Shown here piece after piece: positions 9,047-13,494 of a DNA stretch of 13,494 nucleotides. The translations under genes were made by a program, and so were the position numbers. Location of the stretch: the NCBI GenBank assembly GCA_965233585.1, contig CBDDTI010000550.1, forward strand, positions 1 to 13,494, given 5' to 3'. This DNA comes from a bacterium. GTDB taxonomy: Bacteria; SAR324; NAC60-12. Each line of letters opens with the position of its first letter. Positions within the stretch are counted from its first letter, which is position 1. Under the pieces are notes generated by a model, which searched no databases, was not told the origin of the DNA, and saw only the letters and a program-made list of their open reading frames with translations.

Positions 9047-9268
9047 AATCCAGACCTTGCGAGGCAACTCACTGCGCATCCGTTCCACACACCACTTGCT
9101 TTATGTACAACGGCAAACCTCTTTGTAAATGTGTTCAGTCATGCGCACTGAATGCAGGAAAAGTCTGTGGAACTGACGGAGTGACTTATCAGAACGAGTG
9201 TGAGTTGAAGAAAGCGGCTTGTTTAAGCAAGAAGCAGATCAACATCTCCAAACGGCAGCCATGTCCTG
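9047..9268 (+). CDS. Internal exon D: follistatin module (FOLN + Kazal), 10 Cys
   Basis: Acceptor gtctttttAG, donor GTtagt; phase 1 to 1. (E)SRPCEATHCASVPHTTCFMYNGKPLCKCVQSCALNAGKVCGTDGVTYQNECELKKAACLSKKQINISKRQPCP includes the Kazal VCGTDG.TY.NEC motif. Confidence 0.93.
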
Positions 9269-9306
9269 GTTAGTACGTGTTGTCAATATATGTCGTTAAA
9301 CTAGGT

Positions 9307-9450
9307 TGAGTTCTTTATTGGACTATTGTTGGTCGAATTCTTTTTTCCATTTTTTCTTTTTATGATTTATGGACCTCGCCACAGGAAAGGTCCATGAACT
9401 TACCAAAAAGACCTCGACTTATACGGACCGCACAATCTAGTTCAATGAAA
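9307..9450 (+). repeat. Degenerate fragment related to the 6155-6459 repeat family
   Basis: TTTATGGACC...GGTCCATGAA fold-back core followed by ATTTATTATA, resembling the reverse complement of 6291-6410. Confidence 0.45.
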
Positions 9451-9572
9451 TATTTATTATAACGGCTTTTTTAATCTGCCAATAAATTGATGCGTCTGCC
9501 TGAGAAACATTCATTTATGTTTCTTATTTCGTTTTTTTAGAAATTGAAATTGTCCTCCAAATAAATTAATTA

Positions 9573-10225
9573 ATTAAATTAATTCAAAATGATCCCGATA
9601 ACTGGTAGAATCTTTTCGCAGCCGCCATTAATTTCATTCAAACGCGACAAAACGGTAAGTAACTTTTGTCAGAAGTCCAATTCAAACAAATAACATGTTT
9701 TTTTTTTTTATTGGAAACGCTGCGAAAATACCGGGGCCTAAACGATCCATCAAGATCACTGATCACACCACACCAGGAAGACCACTAGGCGACTGATTTC
9801 AAGAACACCTTTTGACGTAGAGAAAGGCAACAAAAACGCATGTAAAGCGGTCGCGAGACACTTTAATATCCCCAATCATTCTAAGCAACAAATCCCAAGC
9901 CTGCAACCTTCCCCGAATACGTCGGGGAAGAACGGAAAGCCGCAAAGCTTTAGAACAAAAATTTTTCTTTTAAATCGGCCCTCTTAATCATGACCCTTTA
10001 GGTGTCAACGAACACTTTTCATTTAACTTATTTATTCTGTAGTTTTTCACGTTATAATCATCAACCAATGGCGGAGAACCATCTTTTTTTTTTATAAAAA
10101 GCACACCCAGCTGATGTTTGTCCATGTGCTCCGAGGAAGGGATAACACTCGAAACGTTAGCTTTCCAATCTCATTATGATGGCCAATTTGTTTTATCAAC
10201 CCAGGTGATAAAACTCAATTATCTC
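9573..10225 (+). mobile_element. 5'-truncated, decayed Penelope-like retroelement (linker, GIY-YIG endonuclease end and terminal region)
   Basis: Broken translation: QNDPD-TGRIFSQPPLISFKRDK; GPKRSIKITDH; GRPLGD*FQEHL; KAVARHFNIPNHSKQ; ESRKALEQKFFF*IGPLN; GVNEHFSFN. The GIY/YIG motifs themselves appear deleted. A hammerhead-like core follows. Confidence 0.8.
10128..10162 (+). ncRNA. Degenerate minimal hammerhead ribozyme core (Penelope-associated), probably inactive
   Basis: CCGAGGA-AGGG-ATAAC-ACTC-GAAAC versus the core CUGANGA-stem II-GAAA, in the expected place after the Penelope ORF end. Confidence 0.55.
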
Positions 10226-10559
10226 AATTTTGATAAGGATAAATAACTGCTTTAATGTTAAAACTAGTCATTGAATGAATTGTGTTTCAAACCCATGTAA
10301 TTCGGGTTCAAATTAATGCGCGCTCTGATAAGTTATTATTAACCCGTAGTGACCACCTTGCAAGGCAAAACTTGTCGTAAACAAATCGCTCTTCGTTTAT
10401 AAATTGTTATCTTTACCAGCTATGTTTCAGGAATTACATTCGATGCGGTTGAATTCACGATAGCTAAATATGGGTGTTTTTCTCCCACTTACTTCACAGG
10501 GAAAGTTAGAAAGTTTTGATTAAAACAAAATTTGGCATAAACATAGTTTGAAAATTTTA

Positions 10560-11376
10560 CATTTAATGGCAACAGTTTAACATCAACAGTTTAACTGACA
10601 TTGTGACGTCAAAATTAACGTTGATTTCTGACTCTTAAATTTGGAATTAAGAAATAACCTTTAAAAGTATACAGAAATGTTCTACTGTGAAAACGAAACT
10701 TTTTGGTCAAAATTTAAGCAGTTTAATAGTTTTAATTGTTTTATTACCTTATTTGGTCAAACTTTATGGGTATTTACACTTTTATTAAATCCACTTTGAA
10801 ATCACTGGCTATCCTTGCAATGTGATTGGCTCCCAACAGTGCGATCTATTTACGAATCGCACTATCTTTTGTGGTTTCAAATCAAACTCTGCGCTGCGGG
10901 CTCGTTTGATTTTGAAATCACGCGTATGATTCCAGACCAAATTGCACAACCCGAATTTCAATTACCATTATGAACACGATGGACAAAGTGTAAAAAAGTT
11001 TAGGTAGTGAACAGAAAAAAACACATCTGCACTTTTTTGAATTTAAAACTCCACAGCTATTTAATCTTGACGTCACATGTACTAAAAATGACCTAATGCG
11101 CATCCCAACACCCAATGTTGCAAATTCCCAAAACTACAAATTTATTTTTATTGAGCTATTCTGTGCACTTTCTTTACATTAAGCGAGAAGTTTGAATGTC
11201 TTTAATAAGCCATAACCTAATGGCATTTTATCCGATTTGGCTAAAGTTTTTACTAAAAATCATCGTTTTAATAATTTTTGTGTCAAAGACAACATTTTAA
11301 GTTGTGACGCTAAGTTGAAACGTTGTTTATGACGTCAAACTGCCAATACCAGGCGTGTCAACATCACCATTAGATG
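10560..11376. mobile_element. Possible old TIR element, highly degenerate
   Basis: Weak inverted similarity: CATTTAATGG...TGACGTCAAAATTAACG versus CGTTGTTTATGACGTCA...CCATTAGATG. Confidence 0.3.
10782..10970 (-). repeat. Internally deleted fold-back interspersed repeat
   Basis: Starts TTATTAAAT, has TGTGATTGGC beside the hairpin AGTGCGAT...ATCGCACT, and a fold-back TTTCAAATCAAAC...GTTTGATTTTGAAA; same layout as 6155-6459. Confidence 0.55.
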
Positions 11377-11672
11377 TGTAATTTCTCAAACAATTTATCA
11401 TGACAAGTTTCATCACATTTGAAATAATCTGCATGTCTCTGTGAACCGACTGGGAGGAAAAACACCCATTTCTGACCATCGCGATTCCCGCCTTTTTGGT
11501 TGCTTCTCTTTTTATCCGTTATATAATAAGCTGATAATAAGGAACAATTGTCTTCCTGATCATTTGGGAAACAGAACTGCGATCTAATGAGAGCATTGCT
11601 CGTTCTCGCAAGAAATTGTCTTATCATTAGGAGATGTTACTCTTTCAAATCTCTTGTAAGAGATAATCAGTT

Positions 11673-11926
11673 CACATTAACCGAACAGGAGTTCTGTAAG
11701 GGAAAATTTTGAACAAGGTCGTTGGTACAGAGCGAAGCTGTCACGTCTGCGTACACGGCCCAGGTCAAGATTCTCCCATAAAGACCGACTTAGCTCGGTT
11801 AATTAGATATTTGTTAGATGGCAAACAAAAAAAATAATTCGTTAATGTAACTGGTTTGCAGGAAACTGGTATCCTGCTTGCGAACAATGATGAGCTGAGC
11901 TTAATTCTGCCAAAGTTTACTCGTCC
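11673..11926 (+). repeat. First half of the fold-back repeat split by the long-TIR transposon
   Basis: Fold-back ATTAACCGA...GGGAAAATTTTGA / TCAAGATTCTCCC...TCGGTTAAT; ends in target site CTCGTCC (11920-11926). Confidence 0.6.
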
Positions 11927-13494
11927 TACAGGGAGCCCGAACACTTTATCATTATTAAAAATAAATGTGCTGGTATTTACCTGTGTCCCTGTTTCTTTTT
12001 TGAGTCGATTAAAAGGGATTTGAATGAAGCGAAGGTGGTTTAAGTTTCGAGTAACGTCGTTTAAGTGCCCATATCATCAAAGTTTTTATTTTCCCATCTG
12101 ATCCTACATTTCATGAAATAAACGTCTGCGAAAAAAAAATCGATTTTGGATAAAAAGCGGTTTTGTTATGAATGTTTCAAAACCTGAAAATCCCTTTTTT
12201 CTTGCGGTCAACCCGTGTCACTGATCACAGCATCGACATGCTCAGAGTTGTGACGTAGATTCAGGAACGTGTGACTTCAGGCTTGACATATCTCGCTTGT
12301 TTTACCTCTGTAAATTTAGCTTTATGGTCCAAGCAAAATGCTCCTTTCCAACATGTTGTATGAACTATTAAGTTAAAATTACAGAGGTAAAACAAGCGAA
12401 ATAAGTTAAGCCTGAGGTAACGTGCTCCTTAATCTACGTCACAACTCATTCCAAAAGAAGGGAAGACGGGTGCGAATGGTGGACCAAGATGGCGGAAAAT
12501 TTGAACGTTTTTAAAACTTTCAAAAAGGATTGCATTTTCTCCAAATTAAGTTTTTCTTTCGCAGAAATTCATTGGGACAGATATAGAATCAGATAAGGAA
12601 ATAAAATTTTTCACGATATGGGCACTCTAACTATTAAACATATTTCTTCTGCCGCTTTTTTAATTATGATTGTCCAATTACGTCTAACGTCGTGAACTAT
12701 CAACTCCCATCGGGGGAGAGAAGGAGAAAACAGATAAGGGATAAAACTAAAACGAGGCCAGTTTTATTTTGGTCCCTAAATCTCTTAAGATAGAACAAAA
12801 TCGTTTAGAATTTCACACCTCGATTGATGAAGCAGTTAATATTAAGCTGAAGTTGGAATTGTTTTCTTGGGCGTCCCTTTTTAATCTCATTTTCAGTTGT
12901 ATTTAGAAGCGGCTTTTCGTCCAATCTGTGACTACACTTGACTGGACCAGAAGTGCTACTAAACTTGGGAGCATGTACTTTGTCAAAGCGGTCTTGATGT
13001 TCTCTTGACAGACTCTTTTGCTTCCGTTTGACAGCCGCTTGCGGCACAAATATAGAAAGGAACACGGCGCGCAGGCTTTGTGGTCAGTCTCGCAAGATAA
13101 ACTCCAGCAAGGTAACCGTGACATTCTTTGAATCTTCAGGTCCTTTTTCAGTGTTGGCCTGGTGTAAATAAAGTTCCAGCATCGTTAGTGGAATTTTCTT
13201 TTGAGCAACGTTCAGTACGATCCCAGCTGAAATAAAACCAATTGCTTTAAATCAGTCGGTGCTTGCGGTTCATGTTTTATTTAAACTCGTGTAGAGAAAT
13301 ATATGACATCCGTTTCTACTACTAAGAACAGTGTTAAACTAAAATTCAAATTTTCTTAGTAAACCGGATTTTAACGGTTAAGTAGGAAGATGTTTTCTGA
13401 CTCGCGACCTGGTGCTTAAGTATTCTCTGGCTAAAATATATTTATGTTCTCTGCAAACGCTTTTTATTTAGAGGTAAAATAAAACACACCCACA
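11927..13494 (+). mobile_element. Long-TIR non-autonomous DNA transposon, copy 2 (intact left end; runs off the right edge)
   Basis: 11927-11968 matches the reverse complement of 3529-3570 at 34/42. Body is colinear with 2078-3104 (two hand-counted 60-mers: 56/60 and 51/60 identical). Confidence 0.87.
12064..12626. mobile_element. Kolobok-like MITE, 563 bp, nested in copy 2
   Basis: Termini AGTGCCCATATC / GATATGGGCACT with ~120-bp imperfect TIRs; decayed TSD TTTA/CTAA. The empty site CGTCG-TTAA-CTATTAA is present in copy 1 (2171-2186). Confidence 0.92.

Noticed and set aside
10420..10519. Possible terminal exon after AG at 10419 (AMFQELHSMRLNSR*) or 10430 (GITFDAVEF...RKF*)
   Set aside because: Phase-compatible, but no homology or other support to choose either.
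11433..11534. Hydrophobic stretch FLTIAIPAFLVASLFIRYII as a signal-peptide exon
   Set aside because: Stop directly after MSL and after the stretch, and no suitable donor.
12805..13124. Minus-strand ORFs of 86 and 73 aa in transposon copy 2
   Set aside because: Disrupted in copy 1 by a stop or frameshift; no motif.

Overview
AT-rich eukaryotic genomic DNA, probably a cnidarian (stony-coral-like; inferred from the repeat families, not proven). Bases 1-2046 are the decayed right end of a Polinton/Maverick (adintovirus-like) endogenous virus: a frameshifted A32/FtsK-type packaging ATPase with an N-terminal zinc-finger-like motif (- strand), a purine-rich tract, the C-terminal part of a protein-primed PolB pseudogene (+ strand), and a probable terminus ending in ACTACT. 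Four intact GT-AG exons on + (4229-4358, 6536-6731, 7262-7445, 9047-9268) splice in frame into a discoidin (F5/8 type C) domain followed by a follistatin/Kazal module; the gene's start and end are not visible. The rest is nested transposon debris: two TTAA-targeting Kolobok-like MITEs, a Penelope-like remnant with a decayed hammerhead core, several fold-back repeats with subterminal inverted repeats, and a (TATC)n microsatellite. A long-TIR DNA transposon occurs twice about 9.9 kb apart, apparently at the same target site, which points to tandem duplication of the exon cassette. Family assignments come from motif recognition only; no searches were run.
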